Positions 49,035 to 61,600 of a stretch of 64,000 nt of DNA are shown here, in pieces. Under the pieces are notes generated by a model that had not been told where the DNA came from, did not search any database, and saw nothing but the letters and a program-made list of their open reading frames with translations. Where the stretch lies: positions 62,001 to 126,000 of the forward strand of contig NIVC01000598.1 in NCBI GenBank assembly GCA_002269645.1, given 5' to 3'. Numbering within the stretch: the stretch's first letter is position 1; each line of letters starts with the position of its first letter. Source of the DNA: Macrostomum lignano. Its lineage: Eukaryota. The translations under genes and the position numbers were made by a program.

Positions 49035-52000
49035 ATGAAGGCCGCTTCAGCAGCCGAAGCTCCGGTAGACCCCAGCATTGACCGGGGCTGGGCCTGGGTC
49101 ATCGCGGTCGGTGAGTTCCTCAGCCTTCCATGAGAGGTCAGCTAACCAGCCACCTGGCATTGAGTTCCAATCGCCCTCTCCTTTACTCCGCGCAGCTGTG
49201 TGCATCATCAACATCGTCACCCTCGGCTCGATCCGCTGCCTCGGCATTCTCGTCAACAGTGCGTCGCTTGAGTTCTCGTTGAAGAAGCGCGACTCGTCAG
49301 TCATATTTAGCGTCACCTACGTCACATTCACGGTGTTCAGTGAGTGCTTTTAAGACCGTGGTTTACCCGATGGGTTGATAATAGCATTCTGTAGTCTTTA
49401 GAGTTCTTTTGAATTATCGGTAGGGAACGTCTTCTACTCGTATATTATTTCTAGGTTGGGAAGCTCTAAGACTATCTGTCCTTTACTTGCCAATGATAGC
49501 GTATTCATCGGCTCTGTTAGACCCGACAAACCACAGGGGCAAGAGTTCACCTGCCGGGAACACCTGACCTAGAGCTAAGCATTGCTCATACATGTAGGCG
49601 CAGATGCACCCTGGTAACAACAGTCGTGAAGAAACTAAAAACAGGCTTCTGAGAAGCAGAAAGGATCTGTAACCTCAAGCTAGACGTTGAATTTCTGCAA
49701 TCTCGTATTTAAAAGTCCATAAATTTTGCTGATAATCACACCACGTTCAGATGGTCACAAGGGTCAGGGTTAAACAACCTTGTCTTTTAAAGCAGGCAGA
49801 GAAAAGCTTTACACTAAACCGCTCTCACCACAAAGAGCTTCTCAAACTCTCCTACATCCGGCTATTCAGATGACAAACTTATCCTTTACCTGGTTCACCT
49901 TTCCTTGTGTCCCCGTTGCACTCTAGGCATGGTCTTCATCGTCATGACTCGGCTGGTCAGCTGCCGGATTCTCATCTTTATCGGCGGCCTCCTCACCAGC
50001 GGCGGTCTCTGCCTGGCCTATTTCCTGCCTACTCCGGCCGCGCTGTCCTCCGGCACCGCCGTGCTGCTCGGCCTGGGCCTCTCGGCCAGCCAGAACCCGG
50101 CCATCCTGCTGCTCAATCAGTACTTCGACCGGTACCGCAGCAGGGCGAACGGCATCGCCTTCGCTGGCGGACCAATCGGCTCCTTCCTGATGCCGCCGCT
50201 GCTGACTCACTTGATGACCGCTTACACATTCCGAGGCGCCATGCTGCTCTGGGGCGGCATCACGCTGCACACTTGCGCAGCGGCCTGCCTCATGCGGCCC
50301 AAGCCGCCTCCGCCCTCCAAGATGCTGTCTGAACAGCTTCGGTCGCAGCCGGAGCCGCAGCGTGAGCCGCAGCGTGAGCCAGAACAGCCGGCTGGTCCCG
50401 CGTTCGGAGCCGGCTTCGAGGACAGCGTCCCGTTTGCCGAGTCTGACGACGAGGAGCAGCAGGACGGCACCAGCCTGGCCTTGCAGCCGCGTCCGGCCCG
50501 CGCCGTTGACGGCTCGACAGGCGCAGATCAGAAACAGCAGGAGGCCGAGGCCATTCAAGGCGTCAAGGGAAATTCAGTTGAAGCTGGCAATGGAGACATC
50601 AGAGACGAGGAGGAGCAGCGACCTCTGACACCAGCATCGACGAAAGATAAACAGACCGCAAATCCGAAAGCGGAACCGTCGATGCTCTCGTCCGCCTGTA
50701 GTCTGTTCCGCCTCCCAGTGTACTACGCAGTCGGTGCAGTGCTCACAATGGGCCTCTGTGGCTTGCTCCTCACCTTCTACATTGTCCCGCTGTACGGCCG
50801 CGAAATCGGCCTGGATGGCCGAACTACAAGCATGCTCCTGCTGCTGCAGGGCATCCCGGATCTGGTGTCCCGCCTGCTCGTGGGGTTCATCACGGACAAG
50901 AAGCTCATGTCGCACGTGCGCATGGTTTGGATCGCTCTGATTTGCCAGAGCACGCTCTGGTTCATTCTTCTCCTGACGCCAAGCTACGCTGGCCTGCTGT
51001 TCTTCACTCTCGCCTGCGGACTCTTCGGCGGAGTGGTGATCGCCGACACGCATCCGCTGGCCATCAGCCAGCTGGGGCTTGAGAACTATCGGGCCGCGTT
51101 CGCCACCTACAGCATCATGCACGGCGGCTGGATGCTCTGCATGCCTGTCCTACTGGGTGAGAAATGAGCATCATGAACAGTGTGCAGGATAGAGCCTGAA
51201 CTAGCAAACCAGTGCATGCGCAGACAGTTGTGATAGTGGCTACGAGCGTTGTTAACTTTACCAATCCAGTTAAACCCAAAAGAAGGAACAAGAGCAGCAT
51301 TGGCACGAAAGAGGATGCGCGGAAGCAACCCCAAACCCAAAAAGGGAAGAAAAAAGAAACACGAAGCATGAAAGGTGAAAGGCGGGAAAAAAAGCAGCAC
51401 GCCTCACTCAGCACTGTTAACGCACTGCCGAAGTTGCTCTTTCAGCTGATCAGCGACGCGGTCGGTAAGGCAACGTTGACGCAGCTTCCCGCAGGCCAAG
51501 GCTGGATGCCCGTAGAACCGCAGCAGGAAGAGCAGCAGATGCCGATGGTGGGTGAGCGCCCGTGGCAGAGGGTCGCTGAGCAGCTGCCAGGCGCCCGGCA
51601 TGTGAAAGGCCCGGAATCTGATGTTGTGCTTGAGCGCTGCTAGAGTGGCAGTTCGCAGCAGGGTCATGATGGCCGCGTTGCCAGATGCAGCCCACCGCCG
51701 CGCTGTTGTCAATGTAGAGGGCGATCCGGCTGTTCTCGAGCTGCTCCTTGAACATGATGATGGCCATCAGCGGCAGCGCTGCTTCCTTCGTGTTGATATT
51801 TTCGTCTGCCAGGCGGCCTCCTGCATCATGATCGAAGTCAACGAACACGAAGTCGCTGCTGGCAGGCGTCCGTTTCCATGGCAACAGCCGGCTCGGTCGC
51901 ACCCACAGCCGGTCACATGGAAAGGCGGGCAGCGCTTGCAGCCACCAGTCCAGCTGCGCACGGAGCTCGCCCGCCACGGGAATCCGACGATGACGCCCGT

Positions 52001-55000
52001 TGATGGCATTAGTGACGTCAATGAGAGTTCGCAGAAAGACTCGAGCGGGACGAGCCACCTTGCAAAACCAGCCGATCTTGCCCACCAGCTTTTGGAGCTG
52101 AAGCTTTGACAAACTCTTAGCGCTCTGACAATCACGTAGCAACATCCGCAGCTCATCGGTCTTGCTCTGCGGAGGGACAGCAGACTGGATGTGCTGTCGA
52201 TTTGCACTCCCAGAAACGTGATGCACGTAGCAGGTGGGCTGGTCTTTTCCCAATTGATGCAGAATCCCAGCGAGGGAAGCAAATCCAACAGCAAGTTGTG
52301 AGCTTCTAAGCAACTCTCAAAGGTCTCGGCAGCAACGCAGAAGTCGTCCAGATAGACAACGACTACCTGCTTGTGCGGGTCGCGCAGCTTCGAACTGATA
52401 TAGCGCCGAACAGCCTGGGTGAGACGGTGAAAAATGTTGACCGACGCTGATGCACCGAACGGCAGTCTGGTGTCCACCAAGTAAGTCGGATGAGGATCAC
52501 CCGCGAAGTGCCACTTGATGCCTCTCAGCTGATAGCAGTCCGGATGAATGCGCACACTACGATAGGCCTGGCTGAGGTCAATTTTGCTCATGAACCAGTT
52601 GCGCTTCAGGCGCCGCGTCAGGTCATCGACGCCTGCAAACCGCATTCTTTGACGCTCTGTGTAGCAGTCGTTGATGCTGTCTCCGGCGGGCACAGACGCA
52701 TCGTGGATTAGGCGGATTCCTCCGTTGCTCTTCTTGATGGCTCCAAGCGGGCTGACTTTGACGGGGACACCTATGCCCAGCTCTGATGCGGGCACATAGC
52801 GGCCAGTCTCAAGTTCCACTCTGATCTGGGACTCAACCAGCTGGTAGGTGTCCTCAGAAAGAGCGGATTCGTAATTGCTGACTTCGGAGGCTGATTTGAG
52901 CTGGCTTGTTGACGATGAGGAATCCATGGCGCAAGCCAAAACGGAGAAACTCCGCATCCGGCTCGTTGGCTAGAATAGGCTCCCAAGCTGATGGCGAAAG
53001 CGACCAGGTCGAGGCCGATGACTGAGCTGGCGGCTGAGCTGGCGGCTGGGCTGGCGGCTGGACTGGCGGCTCGGCTGGCGGCTGGGCTAGCGGCTGGGCT
53101 GGCGGCTGAGCTGGCGGCTGGGCTAGCGGCTGGGCTGGCTGCTGAGCTGGCGGCTGGGCTGGCGGGTTAGGCGATTTGGCGGCCGCTATGGCACCACCAG
53201 GCGCGGCAATAGCCGATGACGGATGAGGCGAGATGGATAAGAATGAAGCTGTAGGCGAGTTGGGAGGCGAGGTTAAAGACGGAGCAGGCAAGGCAGCAGG
53301 CGAGGCGGAGGGCGAGGCGGAGGGCGAGGCGGAGGGCGAGGCAGAGGGCGAGGCGGAGGGCGAGGCGGTGTCAATCAGTTTTTTGGACCCGAGCCATTGT
53401 TGTGCTGGTGCTGATTGGCCGGGTGCGGAGCCTCACAGATGCGGCAGACGTGTGCGAAGTTGCAAGGCTGCTTCTGACAGCCGCGGTTGCTGTTGAAGAG
53501 GCCGCAAATCGTCTGGCCCCATGATGTTGCTTGGCTTCTTCCGGAAGACTTTTTGCTGCCCGTCTTTTGCAGGTTCTTAGGCGCGGTCATGTGTTTTATT
53601 ATGATATTGAGGTCTGGGCTGTCCCAGTCTCTGCCGCTCGTGCTGTAACAGACGCATGTCCTGATCGTATCGTAGGACGACATTCCTATCGTAGTCTGCT
53701 TCCATGAGCTCGCCGATATGTATGTTGAAACTGAGGTATGCCTTCAAGCGCCGCACATCGATGCTTCCATCGCTTCCTTTAGAGACGAACTGGTTGGACT
53801 CAAGCAGCTGCTGCATTATTCTGGCGTTAGCAGCGTTCCATCGCCCTGTGCTGATGCTGTCAAGGCTGGGCGCACCGCCCTTCGCCGCGCCCCGGTCGCG
53901 ATCATGCGTCAGCCAAGCCATCTGCTCCCGTTTACCATCCACGAAGTTCGGGATGAGCAGAAGGCGTCGAGCCGGCCGCGCCTCCGCTGAAAGCGAGCCA
54001 AAAAGTGCCGAAATCGGGTAGACCTCTCCAGCTGTGGCGGCGGCATGCAGACAGATTTCCTGCCGGATTTGCGCCTCTCGCTTCTTCAGTTCTAGCAGCT
54101 CGATCCGCGACCTAGCTTGCTGAATTTCGCTATCAAGTCGGCTCTCTTGGGCGATGTTGGCGGTGTCAATATTCTCCGATTCTTCGCCGTTCAGCAGCTG
54201 ATTTATCGCAGCATTTGCTTCATCTCCTTCTGCATCGTCTGGAACTTCGACGTCGCCTGGCTGTGGTGAAGCAGCTTGAAGCCGCTCAATAAGCTCTTGC
54301 TTGTTTCCCGAAACCGGTAGGCCATTGTCTCTTAGGGCCGCGCGCAGTTGGGCTACTGTTAACCGGTCAAGGTCAGACATGGCGCCAGATGAAAAAACTT
54401 TTTTAAGCTAGAAAAATTTTGAGCTCACGTAGGCAGCCAAAAAACGCAGAGTCAACTGGGCGAGACGCCAATAAAAGGGGCGACGGCGCAGAGGCTTAAA
54501 CCCACCCCACCAAGCCACCACCCCAAGCACGCAGAGCCAAGCACCCCCCCCCACACAGCGCGGACAGAGGGAGAGAGAGAGAATGTACGCAAAGCAAAAC
54601 AAGGCAGGGCAGAGGGGATTTAAAACTGGTTATTGACTAGTCAAGACCAGTCACAAACCAACACAATCATGATGCGAGCTACTAAAACTAGCTGGAATAA
54701 GAAGTGATAAGTTTATTGGGTAGGATTGCAAAATCCCCGTTTTTTGCGATCCCGGGATCCCGAGATTTAATCCCGGAATTTGGCCAATCCCGGGATCAGA
54801 AAAGTACAGATTTTAAGCTTCTGGGTTGAAATTTTAAAGCAAAATGTGCGCTAAATGTTTTTTTGCTTCCATTTTTTATTGTTATAGAGATAATGATCTA
54901 TTTGTAGATGAAAAACAGCATTATCTAGTGACGTATTTAAGTAAGTAGTATAAAATTACTAATTAGTTGTAATGAAGCAAATCATATATCAAAATTTACA

Positions 55001-56192
55001 TTGGAATAAATTTCACATTTAAATCTGTGATGCGGGGTTTAAAAAGGTGCCACGCGACGTGAGGAACTTTAACGGAATTAGCGCAGTATAATAAACTAAT
55101 TGTGGGCCCAATTATGTTCATATTACAACACTTTTTGTAAAAATAATAACAAAAATTAGTCCCGGGATCTGGAACCCCAAATCCCGGGATCCTGCAATCC
55201 CTATTATTGAGGCTTTCCTTTGCGCTGCGGGGAGATTAAGAAGTTCGAGTTGTAGAACACTGGCGCTTAATTTTCATGAAATCAAGCTGGCGGAGTTCGA
55301 TAGGAAACTATTTCACATGGTTTCAAATAACCCATTTTATTAGATACGCTTTGCTCCCTTTTAATTTTTTATTAGAGGCAGAGAATGTGTGCACCATATG
55401 CAACATTATTGTCACACAGCCGGGGCGAGAGGAATTGCTGCCCATTCCGCCGGCTGCAGGCACACAAGCTCGCGGATACGTACACAAACATACGCACAGG
55501 CACACACTTACACAGGAGTGTACAGCAGCTCTAACTTTATTTACCGTTTGACATGTACACTTCACTGTGCCTTGGGGGGCGGGGGATTGCCTCAAGGCCG
55601 TTAATTGCACGAGCAGCAGACCCAAGCCGAGATTCCAATTCACTCCCAAGTTAATGTGACTGCACTTGGAATCGAGCCCGGGCCGCTAGCACGTCAGAGC
55701 GCCGCGCTAATTAACCACAAGGCTTCGGTCCCCTTTGGCCTCAGATCGACTTTTAGATGAAGAAGAAGGTTTTTTCATCCCTCTGTCGATTGAGCCATCA
55801 AATGATACGGCTCGTATGGGAATAAAGTGGTCAGACAAAATATTGGCCTTATTGCAGTTTGAATAAGCCTTATGTATGAAAACATTTAATACTTTTAATA
55901 CTTCAAGTGATAGGTATGAAAACATTTAATAAGATTTACCTGATGCCGTTTGTTAAGTCGGACTCACGATCGTACGTGCCTATAGTACCAACACGTACAC
56001 ATTTATTCAATAATTTTACAAACAACCACCCCTACAGGACACATTTTCGACAAGCTGGATACGTGGCGACCGGCCATCGCTCTGGTGGGAAGCATAGTGG
56101 CAGTGGCCGGCCTCGCTGGCATGCTGCTGGACATGTGCCAGTCTTGCCGACTCCTGACGCACCGGACAGTGCGGCGAATCTGGCGGTCTTGA
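49035..56192 (+). CDS. SLC16/monocarboxylate-transporter-family MFS protein; exons 49035-49110, 49196-49339, 49927-51156, 56038-56192
   Basis: DRGWAWVI motif; YFDRYRSRANGIAFAGGPIG; long acidic central loop. The final exon (GHIFDKLDTWRPAIALVGSIV) joins in phase 1 across the TE-filled intron 51157-56037. Confidence 0.88.
51262..54635 (-). mobile_element. DIRS/Ngaro-type retroelement: SAP-domain Gag with CCCH-type knuckle, RT, RNase H; no tyrosine recombinase ORF; frameshifted
   Basis: Gag 54380-53375 (LTVAQLRAALRDNGLPVSGNKQELIERL; CGLFNSNRGCQKQPCNFAHVCRICEAPH); RT VSPLGAIKK..GIRLIHDAS, KIDLSQAYR, RLPFG, YLDDF, FLGVQIDS; RH INTKE, YIDNSAAV, AFHMPG. Ends are approximate. Confidence 0.85.
54721..55203. 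mobile_element. hAT-like MITE
   Basis: TIR tagg(g)attgca / tgcaatcccta; near-perfect 8-bp TSD ttattggg (54713-54720) / ttattgag (55204-55211); subterminal atcccggga repeats. Confidence 0.75.
55355..55724 (-). mobile_element. tRNA-derived SINE
   Basis: Minus strand A-box-like TGGTTAATTAG near the 5' end and B-box GGCTCGATTCC (55678-55668); T-stem degenerate; A-rich tail ctaataaaaaattaaaa. Confidence 0.55.
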
Positions 56193-57740
56193 TTTAAGAG
56201 GCTTCCACAAACCCGCAAAAAAGCTTGTATAAATCTTTGACTTGTCCTTCAGCCTGGAAACTGATAATATACGGTCGCATTGCCATACAGACGGTCGTAC
56301 ATGTGAAACAAACTTAGGCGCTGCCAGTGCCATGCGATTTTCGATTTTCATACCTTAAATTTTGTTAATTCATTGAAGTTGCGTTACGTTCTGAGAAGCA
56401 AATTTTGATGAGATAGGATCGAGTCAATAACTACATGTACACACCTTTAATTTATTTAATTATATGATGGGTTTCGGCCTTCTCGGCCCCTTTCGGGAAG
56501 CCTTCGGGCCTCAGGTCTCATAAATAAATCAATTAGAGTCCTGGCCCCCCACTCCTCTCAGATGGTCAGCCCCATGGTAGCTTGATCTTGTGGCAAGCAG
56601 TCTAGGTCCTATAGCTAAGAGAGGGACAGCGAGAGACAAGCAGGGAGAGATTAGCTAATCCGCAAATTAACTAACCCGCTGCCACCAGCCCTCTCGAAAT
56701 CGAAGGACTCGAAGGACTCTCGAAATCGGGCTTCCGACTAGAAGGGGCTTTGCACTTACCTGCCAACTAGTGTCTTTTTGCTGTCAATCTCGAAGTCATA
56801 GCCGATGTTAAGGGACACTGCTGGGACTTGATCGCATTGGCCATGCAGGTACAGAGGGGACTTGTGCAGGGGATTCTTGCAGTGGCGAGACTATGGGGTA
56901 GCTACATGTACTATTACATTGCTAAATACGAGGAATTGTACTTTTGGCCTTTAACGCGCCAACTAGCCTCTCGTAGCGCTAATGATAGGCTAGCTCGAAC
57001 ATCGGAGACCGCATGATTCATTACCCGAGCCGCTTGGCAAACCTAGAGTGCACAGAGTACGTCTCTAGCGCCGATTTTGCACTATTGGCAATTTTGTTCA
57101 CTGATTTGATAGATTGATCGACTGAGAACCGCCTTGCCATTGGTCCACTGAGACCGGCGCCTACTAGCTTAGCTATTCATCTGAGCCATCGGCGAACAAA
57201 GAAATAAAACCGATAAAAATAACTGTTAGATTTAACCTTCTCCTTAGTTCACTTCACACTTCAGATTGAATTGGAGTTTCAGACTACTAGCAGTATTATT
57301 AAGTGAATTCTGCCTCGATAACAGCACTGTTGAACAAAATAAGCAAATGTGTGCGCCTAATCCAGCTACTAAAATAGGGGACAGATAAGGAATCACCCAA
57401 TCAAGCAAGTCTAGGCACCCAACCAATCAGAAACTCAACAGCCGGAGACCAGGTAATCCGCAGTGACCGAATCGGCTTAGTGCTTCGCAGCTGTAGACCC
57501 GGGATGATGCTGATGTCACAATCTTCGCAGATAGCTAGCAGGTGCTGATCTTTACTTTGATGTTCGCTGCTGACGACCGGGGGAATTCGTCCTTGATGAT
57601 GACGGGGGGGGTCACGATCCAGGGATCAAGTGACGACGGTCGAGCTCCGGGAACCAGAAGTGGAACCGGGTGGAGAGCAAGGGTCCAGAGAGTGTCCCGA
57701 GAGTGCAACGGTTGGAGTCCAAGCGGGCCAAAAACACCGG

Positions 57741-57874
57741 TTTAAATAGCCGCCAACTGGACCGCAATTTGTTATAATGGAACACCTCGATTCTGATTGG
57801 CTGAGCCGATTTGTTATAACGCACGTCGAATTTTCTGATTGGCTGAGCGCTTGTTGCCACCCAAACTCACGTGA
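57741..57874 (-). promoter_or_regulatory. Leftward Pol II promoter: TATTTAAA (57748-57741), two CCAAT boxes 42 bp apart (57800-57796, 57842-57838), TCACGTGA (57867-57874)
   Basis: Motifs read directly; the TATA and CCAAT elements face the same way. Confidence 0.55.
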
Positions 57875-58609
57875 CCAAAAGATTCTATCAGTTCCCTCGG
57901 GGCCATAAAAATACGACAGGTGCAGTCATAAATCACTCAAAATCGCTACATAATGATTTATGACCTTTCGCGTAGGAATGACAAAAATTAATAAAAAAAT
58001 ATACATTAGAAGGCTCTTATATTATTAAGTAGAAAGTGAAGATAATGAAGAGAAATCGCTAATCGCTAATCCCAACGTACTTTTAAGGGTAAAACACATA
58101 GCTGTCAAAGCTGTCACACGCTTGAGTGAACACGAACAATAGGCCCTGACCTCATAAATCTTGATGGCCTGTCAAAATGATGAGAAAAAAGCTACCGCCC
58201 GCATCCCCTCAGACCATCTGGCGCCAGTCCCAGCACTGAGTGAGGCGCAGGTGGCTGTCAGACCAGCTTCAAAAGCGATGATTTATAACCCAAAAGCCGC
58301 GCCTATGTTATTATAAGTAGTATGGCAAGATCATAAAATTAGTATGAATTCTATGAAAATTTACATAAAAAAGGAGAAAAATGCCCATAGCCTGCTGTTA
58401 GTAGGCTAGCAAGATAGAGCCCATGTGCAAGCGTGGAATTTTGGAAAAACTAAACTATGCGCTAAAATAACTGAAAAGTCATTCAAAAGGACAAAATACA
58501 GTAAATGTACGAGCGTATAATAGCTGTCGCTATGGACTGGCTGACACCAAAATTAGTGTAAAAATGTACACCAGGCGAACCCAATAGGATCACTGTAGAT
58601 ATACAGTAC

Positions 58610-61600
58610 TGAAGAGGCTTGCGAGTGGAAGCTTGAAAAGCAGCAAGCGAGCAAAAGATCTTGTGTATATTTGTTTAAGCATAGTCTTTATACTTGAGAG
58701 AATAGGGAGGTGTGAGTCAGAGCGAACTGGCTGGCTGGGCAAAACTCCCCAGCAGCCAGGCGTGCAGGGGCCTGTGCATAGGCGGACCCCGCTCTCAACC
58801 GTGCACCAGTCTGGCCGCCACAGAGCTCCCCCCAGCACCGAGCTATTCGGCCAAGGCCGCCGGGCTCGGACGGGGTGGCAGTTGGCGGCTGGGGAAAGCA
58901 GCAGTGCGTTGGGCCGCCGGCGGAAATCCGCCAGCTGAAGAGGCGGGGTCGGCGGCAGAGTGCGCTGGGGGCGGCTCAGCGGGCAGCCGCGGCGGGCGGC
59001 CTCTCGGTCGCAGGGCCGGCGTCGGGAACGGGCCGACCGCGTCGATGACGGCTGGCTTCAGTCTCTCCACTGACACTCGGTCGCGTCGAGTGCCCAGGTC
59101 CAGCAGGAAAGCTTTGGCGTCCCGCTCGAGGACCTTAAACGGGCCGTCGTAAGGTCGCTGCAGCGGAGGGCGGTGGCCGTCGCGAACGAACTGGCAGGCG
59201 TCGAGGGCGGCCGGCCAAGCTGTGGGGTGGCTGCCGTGACGGGACGTCGGCGTCGGCCGGAATGCCTGGACGGCGCCGCGGAGCCGGGCGAGGAACTGGT
59301 CGTGGTCGCCGGCCGGCGGGCTGGGCTGCAGGCACTCGCCAGGCACGCAGAGGGGCGCTCCGTAGACCAGCTCGGCCGACGATGCCGGCAGGTCCTCCTT
59401 GGGGGCCGTCCGGATACCGAGCAGCACCCAGGGTAGCTCGCTGACCCAGGCTGGTCCGGCCAGTCGCGCCATGAGGGAGGACTTCAGCTGCCGGTGGAAA
59501 CGCTCGACCAGCCCATTCGCCTGCGGGTGAAAAGCCGTTGTCCGGTGGAGCTGCATTCCGAGGAGCCGTGAGACGTTGGACCACAGCTGCGACGTGAACT
59601 GCGAGCCGCGGTCCGAGGTGATGTCGCTTGGCACTCCAAACCTGGCGATCCAGTGGGCGATGAAGGCGGAGGCGCACGCCACCGCGGAGGTGTCGGTCAT
59701 CGGGATCGCCTCCGGCCACCGGGTGAAACGGTCCAAGATGGTCAGCAAGTGCGTGAAACCTTGCGAAGGCGGCAGCGGCCCCACCAGGTCGACGTGCACG
59801 TGGGCGAAGCGCTGGTCCGGGACGCGGATATTGCCAACCGGGGCGGCGACGTGCCGGTGCACCTTGGCCGTCTGGCAGGCGACACAGGACCGGGTTCACC
59901 GGCTAACGTCCTTGTTCATGCCGGCCCACACGAACTTGGCGGCCACGAGGCGCCGCGTGCTGCGGACGGACGGGTGGGCGAGGCCGTGGATGGCGTCGAA
60001 GACGGGGCGTCTGAAATTCGGCGGCCCCAACGGGCGCGGCCGGCCTGTGGAGATGTCGCAGAGCAGGGCGACACCGGGGCTGAGCTGCAGCGGCTCAAGT
60101 TGGAGGCTGGCGTCCGCCTGACTGGCCGTATCGGCCGCCTGCGCCTGGGCCATGACGCGAAATCCACGCCGGGGAGCACGAAATCCACGTCTGCGACCGA
60201 GTTGTCCTTGCCCGCCACGTGCTGGATGTCCGTGGTGAACTCGGACACGTAGGCCAGGTGGCGCTGCTGTCGGGCGGACCACGGGTCGGACATCTTGGAC
60301 ATGGCGGCGACCAGCGGCTTGTGGTCCGTGAAAGCGGTGAACGCGCGGCCCTCCAGGAAATAGCGGAAGTGCCGGACCGCCAGGTACAGGGCGAGCTGCT
60401 CGCGGTCGAACGCGCTGTACTTCTGCTCGGGCGGGCGCAGCTGCCGGCTGAAGAAGGCGAGCGGCTGCCAGGCGCTGTCAACCCGCTGCTCGAGCGCTGC
60501 CTCGACCGCGGTATCGGAGGCGTCGACGGTGAGGGCGATGGGCGCGTCTGGCCGCGGATGTGCCAGCATGGCGGCGGAGGCCAGCGCCCGCTTCGCTCCG
60601 TCGAAAGCGGCGGTCAGCTCGGGCGTCCACCGGACGAACTTCTCCTTGCCGGCCATGGCCGCATGGATGGGGCGCAGCAGCTGGGCGGCGCGCGGCACGA
60701 AGCGGTGGTAGAAATTCACCATGCCGGCGAACTCCTGCAGGCCCTTGACGGTGGCTGGCGGTGCGAATCTGGCGATGGCGTCGACTTTGGCGGGCAGCGG
60801 CACGGCTCCCTGGGCGCTGATCCGGTGGCCGAGGAAGTCGATCTCGCTGTGGCCGAACTCGCACTTGGCCGGGCTGACGATAAGGCCGTTGTCCATCAGG
60901 CGCTGGAAAAGCGTCCGCAGGTGCTCCAGGTGCTCTTGCGGGCTGTGGCTAGCGACCAGGAAGTCGTCGATGTAGGCGAAGACAAAGTCCAGGTCTTGGC
61001 AGACGGAGTCCACTAACCGCTGGAAGGCCTGGGCGGCGTTCTTGAGACCGAATGGCATTCGAAGGAACTCGAAGAGGCCGAACGGGGTGGTGACGGCGGT
61101 CTTGGGCACGTCGGCTGCGGCCACGGGCACCTGGTGGTAGCCACGAACCAGGTCGATCTTGGAGAAAACCGAGCAGCCAGCTAGGCGCACTGAGAAGTCC
61201 TGGATGTGCGGCACCGGGTAGCGGTCGGGCACCGTGGCGTCGTTTAGCCGCCTGAAATCGCCGCAGGGCCGCCAGCCACCGGAGGCTTTTGGGACCATAT
61301 GCAACGGCGAGGACCAAGGGCTGTTGGACCGGCGAACGATGCCGAGCTGCTCCAGAAGCCGGAACTCCTCCTTGGCCACCGCCAGCTTGTCCGGCGGCAG
61401 GCGGCGAGGGCGGGCATGGACCGGCGGGCCCTGCGTCGGGATGTGGTGCTCCAACCCGTGTCGTGGCTCAGCCCGCTGGAAACTGGGCTCGGTGAGGGCG
61501 GGGAACTCGGCCAACAGCTGGCTGTACGGGTCCGCAGCGGCGGCTGCGGCGAGTTGCAATCCGGGCCCCGCGCCGTCCAGCAGGTGCACGCTGGCGAGCG

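Noticed and set aside
56828-57016. ARLWGSY segment as a candidate last SLC16 exon
   Set aside because: 56038-56192 gives a better acceptor, correct phase and a TM12-like sequence
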